Source of the DNA: Arenicellales bacterium
Lineage (GTDB): Bacteria > Pseudomonadota > Gammaproteobacteria > Arenicellales > Poriferihabitantaceae
Length of the DNA stretch: 64,000 bases
Reading direction: 5' to 3'
Assembly: GCA_963665165.1 (NCBI GenBank)
Contig: OY761989.1
Location: 2,286,287 to 2,350,286 of the forward strand
Shown here: positions 9,373 to 19,414 of the stretch, one piece after another
How the letters are laid out: each line of letters starts with the position of its first letter
How positions within the stretch are numbered: position 1 is the first letter of the stretch
Translations under genes and position numbers: made by a program
Notes under the pieces: generated by a model
The model's input: only the letters and a program-made list of their open reading frames with translations
Databases searched by the model: none
What the model was told of the DNA's origin: nothing

Positions 9373-9861
9373 TCAGGCGGGGTCGCGGTCAGAACCGGGC
9401 TGCGGGTCTTCACCCTGCTGGTTCACGATCGTCGCGAGTATTTCATCCATCATCGAAAGGTGATTGGACTGATCGCTGAACTGCTCCTTGATATCCACCA
9501 GGTAATTGGTCACGCCATTGACGCGGCGCGCCAGCAATACCGCCAGGGGATAGCAGATGTCCGTATTGTTCTTGAGGAAATCAGGTTGATTCTCAACCAT
9601 GTAGAACCGGGACGGAACCAGAGTCGTCACAGTTGCCGTGTGCGGCAAATCCAGCAATGCGGACATCTCGCCGAGTATCGACCCGGGTTCGGTCAGCCTG
9701 ATGATTTCCTGGTCGCGTTTGGATACCCGGACTTCGCCTTCTATCAGGATATAGATCATACCGGTGCGGCCGCCCTCTTCCAGTATGGTTTGATTCGCTT
9801 CGATATTCACCACCGGCAAAGACCGGCAACCGTGCAGTATGTCATGCATCAAATCATTCAT
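9373..9861 (-). CDS. Stand-alone cyclic nucleotide-binding domain protein
   Basis: IYILIEGEVRV, PGSILGEMSALLDLPHTATV; no C-terminal HTH seen. Confidence 0.88.
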   Translation of the reverse strand: MNDLMHDILHGCRSLPVVNIEANQTILEEGGRTGMIYILIEGEVRVSKRDQEIIRLTEPGSILGEMSALLDLPHTATVTTLVPSRFYMVENQPDFLKNNTDICYPLAVLLARRVNGVTNYLVDIKEQFSDQSNHLSMMDEILATIVNQQGEDPQPGSDRDPA

Positions 9862-9945
9862 TTTCCGGCTCCGATGACATCAGGATATTCAAATTGAAAC
9901 CCGATCATACAACCAAAACCGTCCGCCATGCGAGGATTTCATGTT

Positions 9946-11502
9946 TTATCGAACAGGCTGGTCAAGCAGGATATTGAAGTGATTACGGATCCGGTTATCG
10001 GTCGCCCTGTCCAGGTAGCCGGGATGATGGCCGGCCAGGATCCGGACGGCCTTGTCATGCGCCTGCCGCCACATATCCCTGGCCCCGCTCTCCTGCCAGG
10101 TGCGGGGGTCGTCCCGGTTCGCGAGTTTCGGATAAAAATGCTCCTTTTGCATCGCGTCCATGGTATGGCTGCCGCCGAGGAAATGGCCTTCACCGGCAAC
10201 CGCCTCCCGGATCGCGTCGAACCCCAGGGTTTCTTCATCGACCTCCACTCCGCGAATGATCCGGTATACATGGGAAAGCATTTCATCATCGACCACAAAA
10301 GCAGCATGGGAAGCCCCCAGCAAGCTGGCCATCATGCCGGAAGACTCATACACCATATTCGCCCCTGCAAGCCCGGTCGCCAACGAGGAAATGGCCTTTT
10401 CGATCCCCATCTGCGCGTCCACCGCCTTCGCGTCCGCCATACTGGAGGCCACCCCGGACGGCAGCCCCAGCCAGTTCGACAATTGTGCGGAAGCCGCATT
10501 GAGCAATGTGATCTCCCCGCCGCCACCGGCAAATGAGCCGGTGCGCAAATCAATCACAAAAGGCCAGTTGGAGAAAATCATCGGATAACCGGGTTTGAAA
10601 ATATTCACCATCACCAGCGCGGCCAGCGTCTCCGCCAGGGTGGATGCCAGCATACCGGCAATGGTCGCGGGGGATGTCGCCCCGGATTGTGCGGCGATGA
10701 TGCTGTTCAGCGGCATCCCTCGTTCCATTGCTGCCATGGCTACCTCAAAGGCGTCAGCGCCATAACGTAATGGAGAGATCACCGGACTGATATGGGCTTT
10801 GCAGAAGGGCCGCCGCCTGAACCTGCCTTCCCCGCCCAGGGCCTGGTCGAACATGTCCACAATCGGATCGACATGCCCGGCCACGAAGAAACTGGTGCCC
10901 ACCGGTTTCGTGGTCCCGCGCAAAAGCGCATAAGCGGTATTGACATCCAGATCGAAATTGTCCGGCACATCGGTTGCCACACAACAACGGGTAAACCAGG
11001 CCACGTTTTTCAGGCAGTCCGCCAGGCGTGTGAAGTCATACAGGTCACGCAGGGTCGAGGGTCTGTAAACTCCCGATTCCATGTCCAGGGTCTGTACCGC
11101 CGCGCCGCCCGTCCCGAAGTAGACCCGGTCTCCCCCGACTTCGAAGTCATGCTTCGACTCCCGGCCATGGAAGACGAAGGATTTGGCGGCGCCATCGATA
11201 ATATCCCCGACCATCGCGGCCGGGAAACACAGGCGCCCCGGATCGTTGACGAAGGCGCCGCAACGCAACGCCTGGCCGGTCAGGGCATCCGGGGATTGCC
11301 CCATTCCGATTTCTTCAAGAATCCTGAGGGCCGTACCCAGGATGGCCTCCATGTCCGCTTCGGACAATGGACGGTATTGTCCGCCAACCTGACCGGGTGG
11401 ACAGGGATCGAACTCCGGCGGCTTGCTGCGCAACGCATGCATCGCCTCCCGGCTGCGGATTCCTCCCCTTCTGGTTCTGGGTCGTTTTTCGGCCACAATC
11501 AA
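9946..11502 (-). CDS. Trimethylamine methyltransferase (MttB) family, non-pyrrolysine; MtgB-like betaine:corrinoid methyltransferase
   Basis: GGQYRPLS, LEEIGM, FGTGGAA, ISPLRY, GATSPATIAG, AKAVDAQ and GEGHFLG motifs; no in-frame TAG. Confidence 0.9.
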   Translation of the reverse strand: MIVAEKRPRTRRGGIRSREAMHALRSKPPEFDPCPPGQVGGQYRPLSEADMEAILGTALRILEEIGMGQSPDALTGQALRCGAFVNDPGRLCFPAAMVGDIIDGAAKSFVFHGRESKHDFEVGGDRVYFGTGGAAVQTLDMESGVYRPSTLRDLYDFTRLADCLKNVAWFTRCCVATDVPDNFDLDVNTAYALLRGTTKPVGTSFFVAGHVDPIVDMFDQALGGEGRFRRRPFCKAHISPVISPLRYGADAFEVAMAAMERGMPLNSIIAAQSGATSPATIAGMLASTLAETLAALVMVNIFKPGYPMIFSNWPFVIDLRTGSFAGGGGEITLLNAASAQLSNWLGLPSGVASSMADAKAVDAQMGIEKAISSLATGLAGANMVYESSGMMASLLGASHAAFVVDDEMLSHVYRIIRGVEVDEETLGFDAIREAVAGEGHFLGGSHTMDAMQKEHFYPKLANRDDPRTWQESGARDMWRQAHDKAVRILAGHHPGYLDRATDNRIRNHFNILLDQPVR

Positions 11503-13916
11503 CCCCGCACCCGTAAATTGCCCGGGTCGTACTGGATCGGATGGATCACCCGCGCCGGATAATGGTCTCCGAGAATCCCGATTTCCAGCTCCGTCCCGAT
11601 TTCCGCCCGGGCCGGGTCGACGAAGGCACAGGCCATGTTCAGGTTCGTACGATGGCCAAATCCCGCTGAAGTCACCGATCCGACCTGTCGCCCCTGTGCA
11701 AGAACCGGAGCGCCGCTATGGGCGCAGGCCATGTCGCAATCCACCGCCATCGAGATCATCCGTTTACGCGGGCCACGGTCGATTTGCCTGATCAGGGCTT
11801 GCTGACCGACAAAAAACGGCTTGTCCAGCTTCACAAACCGGTCCAGCCCGGTTTCCATCGGATTCCGTTCATGGATCAGGTCCGCCTTCCAGTGGAGATA
11901 ACCTTTTTCAATCCTCATCGATTCGGTGGCGTACAGGCCGAAGCAGACCATGTTGAAATCCCGACCCGCCTGATCCAGTATTTTCCAGGCCAGGTAGAGT
12001 TGTTCATTCGGAACATGCAGTTCGTAAGACAACTCCCCCGAGAAGCTGACACTCATTGCCAGCGCTTGCGCGTGGCCGATGAACACATGCCTTGCCTGCA
12101 TCCACGGAAAGGCCTGTCCCGACCAGTCGCACCTCGGTGAGACCGATTGCAGCAACTCGCGTGACCTCGGCCCCGCAATGACCAGGGTCGTATGGCTACC
12201 CGCCAATTCACGGATGCGGACGGAATCCGGCTTGTACCGGCTCAACCAGTCCCGGTCGTGCCATTCAGAGGCAGCGGCGGAACCATACCAGTAATGATCC
12301 TCTCCCAGCCTGGCCAGGGTCGCCTCGCTCAGCACATTGCCTTTCCCGGTCAGCAGGTAACAAAGCCTGACCTGCCCGTCCGCCTTCGGCATGGCGCCGC
12401 AAATCATGGTATCCAGAAAATCACCGGCGCCCCGACCCTTGATCTCATAACGGTTGAAGCCGGACACCTCCATCATGCCAACGCCATTGACAATGCCTTC
12501 CACCTCCCTTGCGACAATATCCATGGTGGCTGTAAAGCGATAACTGCGGCGGTCGGCAAAGTCGGCATCGGGCTTGAAAAACAAGGCGCGCTCCCAGCCG
12601 GCGACCACCCCCCACTCACAGCGCCTGGCATCCAGGACCGGATACAACGGAGTCGTACGGGCCAGCCGCGCCGCCGGACGATGTTCGTGCGGGAGATGGT
12701 AGTGAAACTCGTTTCTGTAATCCTCGACCGCCTTGAGACAGGTATGCTCGGTATTTGCGTAGCGGGTGAACCTGCGCGGATCCAGGTACCAGGCGTCCCA
12801 TTCGCACTCTCCGTGCACCATCCACTCCGCCAGGATTTTGCCATGCCCCCCGCCTTCCCCGATCCCGGCCCGCAATCCCAGACAGGCAAAGGCATTCGGG
12901 ATACCGGGAATGGGACCGACCAGCGGCGCTCCGTCAATCGTATAGGTAATCGGGCCGTTGACCACAGTATGTATCCCGGCCCGCTCCAGGCAGGGCAGGC
13001 GGGCGAAGACACCTTCCATATTGTCCAGGCATCGGTCCAGGTCGGACGGGCACAGCGACATAGTGAAATCGGGGTCGATACCGTCCATACCGAAGGTTCT
13101 GCAATCCTGTTCGTAAATCCCCACCAGTAAACCGGTCTTTTCCTGACGCGAATAAAAATCGTCGCCGGGATCGCGAATGATGGGGACGCGGAAATCCAGT
13201 TGCCCGATTTCCCGGATCGGTTCGGTCAGGAAATACATGTGTTCCATCGAGGTTACCGGATGGCTGACGCCCAGCATGCGCCCGACCTCATTCACCCGGT
13301 ATCCGGCGGCGTTTACGACCATCTCGCAAGCGATGTCGCCTTTGCGGGTATGCACTATGAACTCACCGCCCGGTTTGCGGGTGATCCGTTCAACCGGATT
13401 GAATCGCTGGACTTCGGCGCCGGCCTTGCGCGCCTGGCGGGTCAGCGCGGCACAAAGCTGCGCCGGGTCGATGTCTCCATCCAGCGGGTCCCACCAGGCC
13501 CCAAGCAATCCCTGTGTCTGCAACAATGGATGTCTTCTGCCCGCCTCAGCAGCGTCGATAAACTCCATTTCCACCCCGACCCCGCGCGCGACCGAAACGT
13601 AGTGCCGGTATATATCGACCTGGTCCGGCGTGTGGGCAAGCCGCATGCCTCCGGTAATATGGTAATTGATCGGGAAATCCGGGTCCGCCGATAACTGCCG
13701 ATACAGATCGATGCTGTGCCTCTTCAGCGCGAACATGGTCTGGTTGGCGCCAAACTGGGTGACCTGGGCCGCCGCATGCCAGGTCGAACCGGAAGTCAGT
13801 TCATCGCGCTCGACCAGAATGACGTCTGTCCAGCCTTCCCTGGACAGATGATACAGCGTCGAGCAACCCGCAATGCCGCCGCCGATAATCACCACACGGG
13901 CGCTAGTCCTCATCAT
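11499..13916 (-). CDS. GcvT-family FAD oxidoreductase (dimethylglycine/sarcosine dehydrogenase-like)
   Basis: IIGGGIAG, TSGSTWHAA (covalent FAD His), NGPITYT, GWER, SFSGELSYELH and SMRIEKGY motifs; 805 aa. Confidence 0.9.
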   Translation of the reverse strand: MMRTSARVVIIGGGIAGCSTLYHLSREGWTDVILVERDELTSGSTWHAAAQVTQFGANQTMFALKRHSIDLYRQLSADPDFPINYHITGGMRLAHTPDQVDIYRHYVSVARGVGVEMEFIDAAEAGRRHPLLQTQGLLGAWWDPLDGDIDPAQLCAALTRQARKAGAEVQRFNPVERITRKPGGEFIVHTRKGDIACEMVVNAAGYRVNEVGRMLGVSHPVTSMEHMYFLTEPIREIGQLDFRVPIIRDPGDDFYSRQEKTGLLVGIYEQDCRTFGMDGIDPDFTMSLCPSDLDRCLDNMEGVFARLPCLERAGIHTVVNGPITYTIDGAPLVGPIPGIPNAFACLGLRAGIGEGGGHGKILAEWMVHGECEWDAWYLDPRRFTRYANTEHTCLKAVEDYRNEFHYHLPHEHRPAARLARTTPLYPVLDARRCEWGVVAGWERALFFKPDADFADRRSYRFTATMDIVAREVEGIVNGVGMMEVSGFNRYEIKGRGAGDFLDTMICGAMPKADGQVRLCYLLTGKGNVLSEATLARLGEDHYWYGSAAASEWHDRDWLSRYKPDSVRIRELAGSHTTLVIAGPRSRELLQSVSPRCDWSGQAFPWMQARHVFIGHAQALAMSVSFSGELSYELHVPNEQLYLAWKILDQAGRDFNMVCFGLYATESMRIEKGYLHWKADLIHERNPMETGLDRFVKLDKPFFVGQQALIRQIDRGPRKRMISMAVDCDMACAHSGAPVLAQGRQVGSVTSAGFGHRTNLNMACAFVDPARAEIGTELEIGILGDHYPARVIHPIQYDPGNLRVRG

Positions 13917-16046
13917 TCATCCCCTCACCCGGATCAGGGCATCCCCCACGATGGCGCCAGCGGGCAAAACCATCAGTGGATTCACATCCATTTCAACCAG
14001 TTCCGCGGATTTCGATTCTGCGAATTCCGCCACCTGGATGATCGTGTCAACGAGTTTGTCGATGTCACATGGCGCGCGCCCCCTGAAACCGCGCAACAGC
14101 GGGTAGCACCGGAGCCTGGACAAAGCCTGTTTCACCGTATCGGCATCGGTCGGCAACAGGATAGTCCGGGAGTCCTTGTACAGATCGACCAGTATTCCGC
14201 CGCTCGCGACCACCATTGTCAATCCGAATTGCGGGTCTGCCCGAACGCCGACCAGCAATTCATGCACTGTATCCTCCACCATGGATTCAATCAGCAGTCC
14301 GTGACTTTTTTGTTCGAGGCAGCGGCCCGCCATCACACCGCGAATATGCTCCACCGCCGCCAGCGCCGATTCGACATCGGCCAGATTCAGCAGGACTGCA
14401 TCCAGTTCGGTTTTATGAACCAGGTCATCGGCGACCAGTTTGATCGCCACCGGAAATCCGATTTGCCCGGCTACCGCCGCCGCCCGGCTGATTTGCGGAA
14501 TCGGCAGAAACCGGCTCTTCGGTATTTGCAGGCCGAACCGGCCCAGCATCCGCTTGCTTTCCCATTCGTTCAGGGATCGCGGTGGGTAGTCCGGGTCCGG
14601 ATGCCGCGCCGCCGGTCCGACAATCCTGAATCCACTCCTCTGGCCGTTTGCCAGAATCCGTTCCCGGTCACGATGGTAATCGCAGGCCAGGGCCAGCGCA
14701 TCCAGTCCTCGGTCAAACCCCTGCATCGGCGTGATTCCGCCAGCGACATAGATTTCCCTGGATTCCGGGTCGAAATTCTCGGAAAGCTCACTGCATATCC
14801 CGGCCGGGATTCCGACGGCGTTGACCGCGTCCATGAATGATTTCCCGTCTGCGCGGTAACGGGAATTATCGGCTTCGAATTCCGCCGGGGGGTAGTCCTG
14901 GACAAAAACCGCGGCGTCAAAACCGTCTTCCAGCGCGGTCGCGAATACTTTTGGCATGACCTCCCGGTTACCCCATAACGGGGTAGTATAGTCCAGGGGA
15001 TTGGAAATGGTCGCGATATCCGGCAACAGTCCGGCCAGCTTCCGGCAACACGATTCCGATGGCTGCGGCAGCGCCAGTCCCTTATCGTCACAATAGTCGG
15101 CCACCATCAGGGCTTCGCCTCCCGAACAGGTAAACGCGGCAACGCGCCGGCCTTCGGGAACGCCTGACAGGGTCATGAACTTCAGGGTTTCGAGCATCAA
15201 CTCCGGGGACCGGACCCGAATCACCCCCAGCAGGTCGAACAATGCCTGGTGGGCCTCATCGGACCCGGACAGTGACCCGGTATGGCTGACCGCCAGACCG
15301 GCGCCGATACTCGAACTGCCCGCTTTCAGTACCAGAACCGGCTTTTTGGCGTGCAGGGCCTTCAGGCAGGCAGCGGCAAATTTCTCTACATTGACGATGC
15401 CTTCGATATAAATGCCAAAGCCGCTCACTCGCGGATCATCGACCAGGACATCCATGTAATCTTCAATTGCCAGCATCGCCTGGTTGCCGGCGGAAATCAC
15501 ATAGGCAAGCGGAACGGAACGCTGGTTCATGGCCATATCTGCCGTGATCATGCCGCTCTGCATGATCAGCGCCGCCCCTTTGCGGCATTTGTGCCGCCCC
15601 GCTCCGAACGGCCACAGAACCGCATCGTGGACATAGTTGATCACCCCGTAACAGTTCGGCCCGACCAGCGCCATATTGCCTGCGGCCTGGATCAACTCCC
15701 GCTCGGATTCCCTGCCGGCCGGTCCGGTTTCTCCATAGCCCGCGGTAAAGCAGACCACGCCGCCGGCGCCGATTTCATTCAACTCCACAACCACCTGCAC
15801 AGCGGCTTCTTTCGGCGCGGCCAGGAAAACCGCGTCGGGCGCTCCGGGCAAGTCCTTCACGGTCGGATAGCAGGGCTGTCCGCCCATTTCACCGCGTTTC
15901 GGATTCACGCCCGATACCGTCCCCTTGAATCGCGCGGCACACTGGCGGGCCGCATAATCCGCGTCCCGGCCACCGATAAAGGCGATATGTCCGGGCGCCA
16001 GTAATCGTTTCAGGTTTTCGAGGCGCTGCAAATCGTCGTTGGGCAT
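13917..16046 (-). CDS. ADP-forming acyl-CoA synthetase, fused alpha/beta (BcoA/B-like gamma-butyrobetaine-CoA ligase)
   Basis: VGPNCYG, QSG, SHTGSL (phospho-His), NPLD, HKTE and EMDVNPL ATP-grasp motifs. Confidence 0.85.
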   Translation of the reverse strand: MPNDDLQRLENLKRLLAPGHIAFIGGRDADYAARQCAARFKGTVSGVNPKRGEMGGQPCYPTVKDLPGAPDAVFLAAPKEAAVQVVVELNEIGAGGVVCFTAGYGETGPAGRESERELIQAAGNMALVGPNCYGVINYVHDAVLWPFGAGRHKCRKGAALIMQSGMITADMAMNQRSVPLAYVISAGNQAMLAIEDYMDVLVDDPRVSGFGIYIEGIVNVEKFAAACLKALHAKKPVLVLKAGSSSIGAGLAVSHTGSLSGSDEAHQALFDLLGVIRVRSPELMLETLKFMTLSGVPEGRRVAAFTCSGGEALMVADYCDDKGLALPQPSESCCRKLAGLLPDIATISNPLDYTTPLWGNREVMPKVFATALEDGFDAAVFVQDYPPAEFEADNSRYRADGKSFMDAVNAVGIPAGICSELSENFDPESREIYVAGGITPMQGFDRGLDALALACDYHRDRERILANGQRSGFRIVGPAARHPDPDYPPRSLNEWESKRMLGRFGLQIPKSRFLPIPQISRAAAVAGQIGFPVAIKLVADDLVHKTELDAVLLNLADVESALAAVEHIRGVMAGRCLEQKSHGLLIESMVEDTVHELLVGVRADPQFGLTMVVASGGILVDLYKDSRTILLPTDADTVKQALSRLRCYPLLRGFRGRAPCDIDKLVDTIIQVAEFAESKSAELVEMDVNPLMVLPAGAIVGDALIRVRG

Positions 16047-16055
16047 AGAACCTGG

Positions 16056-17222
16056 TTATCCGCCATACTCCCTTAACAGTGAACGGGAAATAATATGCCG
16101 CTGGATTTCCGAAGTACCGTCCCAGATACGGTCCAGACGCGCATCCCGCCACATTCTCTCGATCGGGAGATCTTCCATCAGCCCCATACCTCCATAGATC
16201 TGGATGGTATTGTCGGCGGCCCGCCCTACCGCCTCCGAAGCGAACAGCTTGGCCATCGCGGCATCCACATTACGCATCACCCCCCGGTCCGCCTTGTCCG
16301 CCGCATCCATCACCAGCAGGTCGGCGGCTTTCAACTCTACCATCATGTCCGCGAGTTTGAACGAAGTCCCCTGGAATTTTCCGATTGGCTGGCCGAACTG
16401 TTTCCTCTGGGCCGCCCAGCCCGCCGCAAGATCAAGCAAACGCTCCATCCGGCCGCAAGCGGCGGCGGCGACCCATACCCGTCCCATCCTCAACCACTCG
16501 TCCGCCAGTTCCAGACCCTTGTGCTCCTCGCCCAGAATCTTGCTCTCATGCACCCGGCAATGGTCAAAAACAAGCTGCCAGGTATGATAAGCGCGCTGTG
16601 CCGCACAGCGTGGCCCGCGTTCGATCGCAAAGCCCGGCAGACCCGCGTCGACCAGGAATCCGGTCACCAGTTTGCGTTCCCCGCGAGGACTCCCGGTCAC
16701 GCCGGTCTGCGCGAACAGAATCGCAAAATCCGGTTTTACCGGACTGCTGATGAAATGCTTGCTGCCGTTGATTACAAATTCACTGCCGACCCGTTCCGCC
16801 CTGGTCTGCATCGACAGGATGTCGGAACCGGCGCCGGGTTCAGTCAATGCGAAAACCTCTTTCTTCTCCCCGGTCACGCAAGGTTTCAGATATTCGTCGA
16901 TCTGCTCGTCCTTGCAGCACATCAGGATCTCGGACGGACGATGCAGGTAGCCGTGCAACCCGTAAATGGTCTTTCCCAGTTCCCTCTCGAACAGGGCCAG
17001 GGATTTGTAATCCAGCCCACCCCCGCCGATTGATTCCGGCAGGTTCGGAGCATAAAAGCCCATCTCGATCGCCCTGCGCTTGATATGGGAACCCAGTTCC
17101 TCCGGGACTTCCCCGGTCCGGTCAACCTCCGCCTCATGGGGTTCGAGTTCCTGTTCCCGGAACGCGCGAACCGAATCCACCAGCAACCGTTGTTCTTCAG
17201 TCAGGGGATAATCCATGGTCAC
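16056..17222 (-). CDS. Acyl-CoA dehydrogenase (BcoC-like)
   Basis: FALTEPGAGSD, NGSKHFIS, RKQFGQPIGKFQ, AMAKL, QIYGGMG, IWDGTSEIQR motifs. Confidence 0.92.
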   Translation of the reverse strand: MTMDYPLTEEQRLLVDSVRAFREQELEPHEAEVDRTGEVPEELGSHIKRRAIEMGFYAPNLPESIGGGGLDYKSLALFERELGKTIYGLHGYLHRPSEILMCCKDEQIDEYLKPCVTGEKKEVFALTEPGAGSDILSMQTRAERVGSEFVINGSKHFISSPVKPDFAILFAQTGVTGSPRGERKLVTGFLVDAGLPGFAIERGPRCAAQRAYHTWQLVFDHCRVHESKILGEEHKGLELADEWLRMGRVWVAAAACGRMERLLDLAAGWAAQRKQFGQPIGKFQGTSFKLADMMVELKAADLLVMDAADKADRGVMRNVDAAMAKLFASEAVGRAADNTIQIYGGMGLMEDLPIERMWRDARLDRIWDGTSEIQRHIISRSLLREYGG

Positions 17223-17495
17223 AACCGATCGGTCTCGATGCTCTTTTTGATTCTGTTCAATATGGACAAGGCGCCGGTTTCGCCTCCAGGGAACCGGTTC
17301 CAGTCATCTGGTTGCCATTTATACCGGATTTTCACCAGGATAGGAATACGCCCGATTCCCCGTGAAGCCAGCATCCCCCACGCCCAACCGTCGGCAGGAA
17401 CACAGCCTTGCCTGTCCGCAGCCGAAGAGCGGTTGCGGAAACCGTCCAATCCCGCTTAGACTAGCGTATCCTGTATCCAGAAATCCAAACCGAAC

Positions 17496-18308
17496 ATGAC
17501 CGGGAATAACCAGGACATCATCACTGTCGAAAATGGACAGGTTTTCGAAATTACCATCAACCGCCCGAAGGTCAACGCGATCGACACGCCGACCAGCCGC
17601 AGGATGGGGGAGGCGTTTGTCTATTTTCGGGATAACCCGGAACTGAAAGTCTGCATCATCACCGCCGCCGGTGAGAAAATCTTCTCCGCCGGCTGGGACC
17701 TGAAGGCGCTCGACAGCGGCGATATCAGCCTGTCGAACTGGTGGGAAGGGGAAGACGCCAGCCTGGGCGGCTTCGCTGGCATCACCGAGATCTGGGATCT
17801 GAACAAACCCGTGATCGCGGCTTTGAACGGACTGACCATTGGCGGGGGGTTTGAAATTGCGCTGGCGTGCGATTTGATCATTGCCGCCGAACAGGTTGAA
17901 TTCGCATTGCCCGAGCTGCCGCTCGGCATCATTCCCGATGCCGGCGCGATCCAGCGCCTGCCGCGCCGGATTCCGTACAACATCGCACTTGAAATGCTGT
18001 ATTTCGGCAGGAGGATGCCGGCTCGCGAAGCGGCCGGCTACGGGTTGGTCAACAAAATTGTCCCGGCCGACCGACTCCTGCCCACCGCCCGTGAATGGGC
18101 AAGCCGGTTAACGGATGTCGCCCCTCTCGCCCTGCAATCGATCAAGGAAGTCCTGCGCGCCATCGACGGAGAGAGCATCCGCGATTCATTCGACAGGATG
18201 CGCAACGATGACCTGCCTTTCTACCGGGAAATGCTGCGCTCCAACGATGCCGGAGAAGGGGTCAAGGCTTTTGTCGAAAAGCGCAACCCCGACTTCAAGG
18301 GCAAATAG
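17496..18308 (+). CDS. Enoyl-CoA hydratase, carnitinyl-CoA dehydratase/crotonobetainyl-CoA hydratase-like
   Basis: INRPKVNAID, FSAGWDLK, GGFAG, GGGFEIALACD, LPE and AFVEKRNP motifs (CaiD-like). Confidence 0.88.
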   Translation: MTGNNQDIITVENGQVFEITINRPKVNAIDTPTSRRMGEAFVYFRDNPELKVCIITAAGEKIFSAGWDLKALDSGDISLSNWWEGEDASLGGFAGITEIWDLNKPVIAALNGLTIGGGFEIALACDLIIAAEQVEFALPELPLGIIPDAGAIQRLPRRIPYNIALEMLYFGRRMPAREAAGYGLVNKIVPADRLLPTAREWASRLTDVAPLALQSIKEVLRAIDGESIRDSFDRMRNDDLPFYREMLRSNDAGEGVKAFVEKRNPDFKGK

Positions 18309-18329
18309 AAATCATCAACCGGAAATGCC

Positions 18330-19301
18330 ATGCTGAATCAACCCCCGGACGCGGTTAAAAACATCACCTGCCTCGGCGCCGGCCCGATTGGCGGCGGCTG
18401 GACGGCCTGGTTCCTTTCCCGCGGTTACCGGGTCACGACCTGGCTGCACGACGAATCGGAGACAGACGCGCTGGAACGCTTGCTCCAGACCGCGTGGACC
18501 AGTTTGACGGAGCTCGGTCTGGGTCCGCAGGCCAGCCTGGATCATTTCAAATCGACGACTTCTCTGGAAGAAGCGGTGGCCGAAGCGGAATTCATCCAGG
18601 AGAGCATACCGGAATCGCTCGATCTGAAACAGGGGCTGTACCAGACCCTCGGTGATATGGCGCATCCCGATGTGGTCATTGCATCCAGCACATCCGGACT
18701 GTCCATGACCGACATTCAGGCCAGGTGCGCCACCCCGGAACGCACTATAGTCGCCCACCCGTTCAACCCGCCTTACCTGCTGCCACTGGTCGAAATGATC
18801 GGCGGGAAGAAAACCGCCGCCCGCGCCGTCACCTGGAGCGAACAGTTCTACCGGGCAGCCGGAAAGTCTCCTCTGGTGATGAAAAAGGAAGTGCCCGGCT
18901 TTATCGCCACCCGGCTGCAGGAAGCGATCTGGCGTGAAGCGCTGCACATGGTGGCCAATGGCGAAGCCACGGTCGAACAAATCGATCAGGCGGTCGTCAA
19001 CGGGCCCGGGCCGAGGTGGGCCCTGATGGGGCCTTGCGAAATATTCCATGTGGGCGGGGGCGAAGGCGGCATGGCCTACTGCCTGGATCAATTCGGCCCC
19101 GCGCTGAAACTGCCGTGGAGCCGCCTGGCCGCCCCGGAACTGACCGGGGACTTGAGGAACCGGATGGTCGAAGGCTGCGAAGCAATGTGTGGAGGGGCGG
19201 ATTTCGCGGCGTTGAGCCGGAAAATGAACCAGGGCCTGGTGGAAATTGCCAGAATGAAACTCGAATCCTCAACCCGGCGGGAACCAGAGATTGTCAGTTG
19301 A
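18330..19301 (+). CDS. cdhA: L-carnitine dehydrogenase (3-hydroxyacyl-CoA dehydrogenase family)
   Basis: GAGPIGGGW, FIQESIPE, SSTSGL, HPFNPPYLLPLVE, WREALH, GPGPRW, GGMAYCLDQFGPALKLPW motifs. Confidence 0.8.
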   Translation: MLNQPPDAVKNITCLGAGPIGGGWTAWFLSRGYRVTTWLHDESETDALERLLQTAWTSLTELGLGPQASLDHFKSTTSLEEAVAEAEFIQESIPESLDLKQGLYQTLGDMAHPDVVIASSTSGLSMTDIQARCATPERTIVAHPFNPPYLLPLVEMIGGKKTAARAVTWSEQFYRAAGKSPLVMKKEVPGFIATRLQEAIWREALHMVANGEATVEQIDQAVVNGPGPRWALMGPCEIFHVGGGEGGMAYCLDQFGPALKLPWSRLAAPELTGDLRNRMVEGCEAMCGGADFAALSRKMNQGLVEIARMKLESSTRREPEIVS

Positions 19302-19414
19302 GGAGTACAGGTCTATAATCCGCCCTGAAGCATCTGTAAACAAAAACAGGATAATCACCACCCGGATCATGCCCCGGGTGCATCGTAATTCGTCTTTCCA
19401 GGAGAAATACAACC

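Noticed and set aside
9946-11502. Pyrrolysine recoding in the MttB gene
   Set aside because: The ORF is open for 518 aa with no in-frame TAG, and no pyl genes are present.
13716-14840. Long antisense or alternate-frame ORFs (e.g. 13716-14840, 22024-23037, 32140-33219, 43810-44811)
   Set aside because: These are shadow ORFs overlapping well-supported genes in GC-rich DNA, with no recognisable motifs.
17223-17495. Small ORFs or an ncRNA in the divergent promoter region of the carnitine genes
   Set aside because: No convincing RBS, motif or stable structure could be identified by eye.
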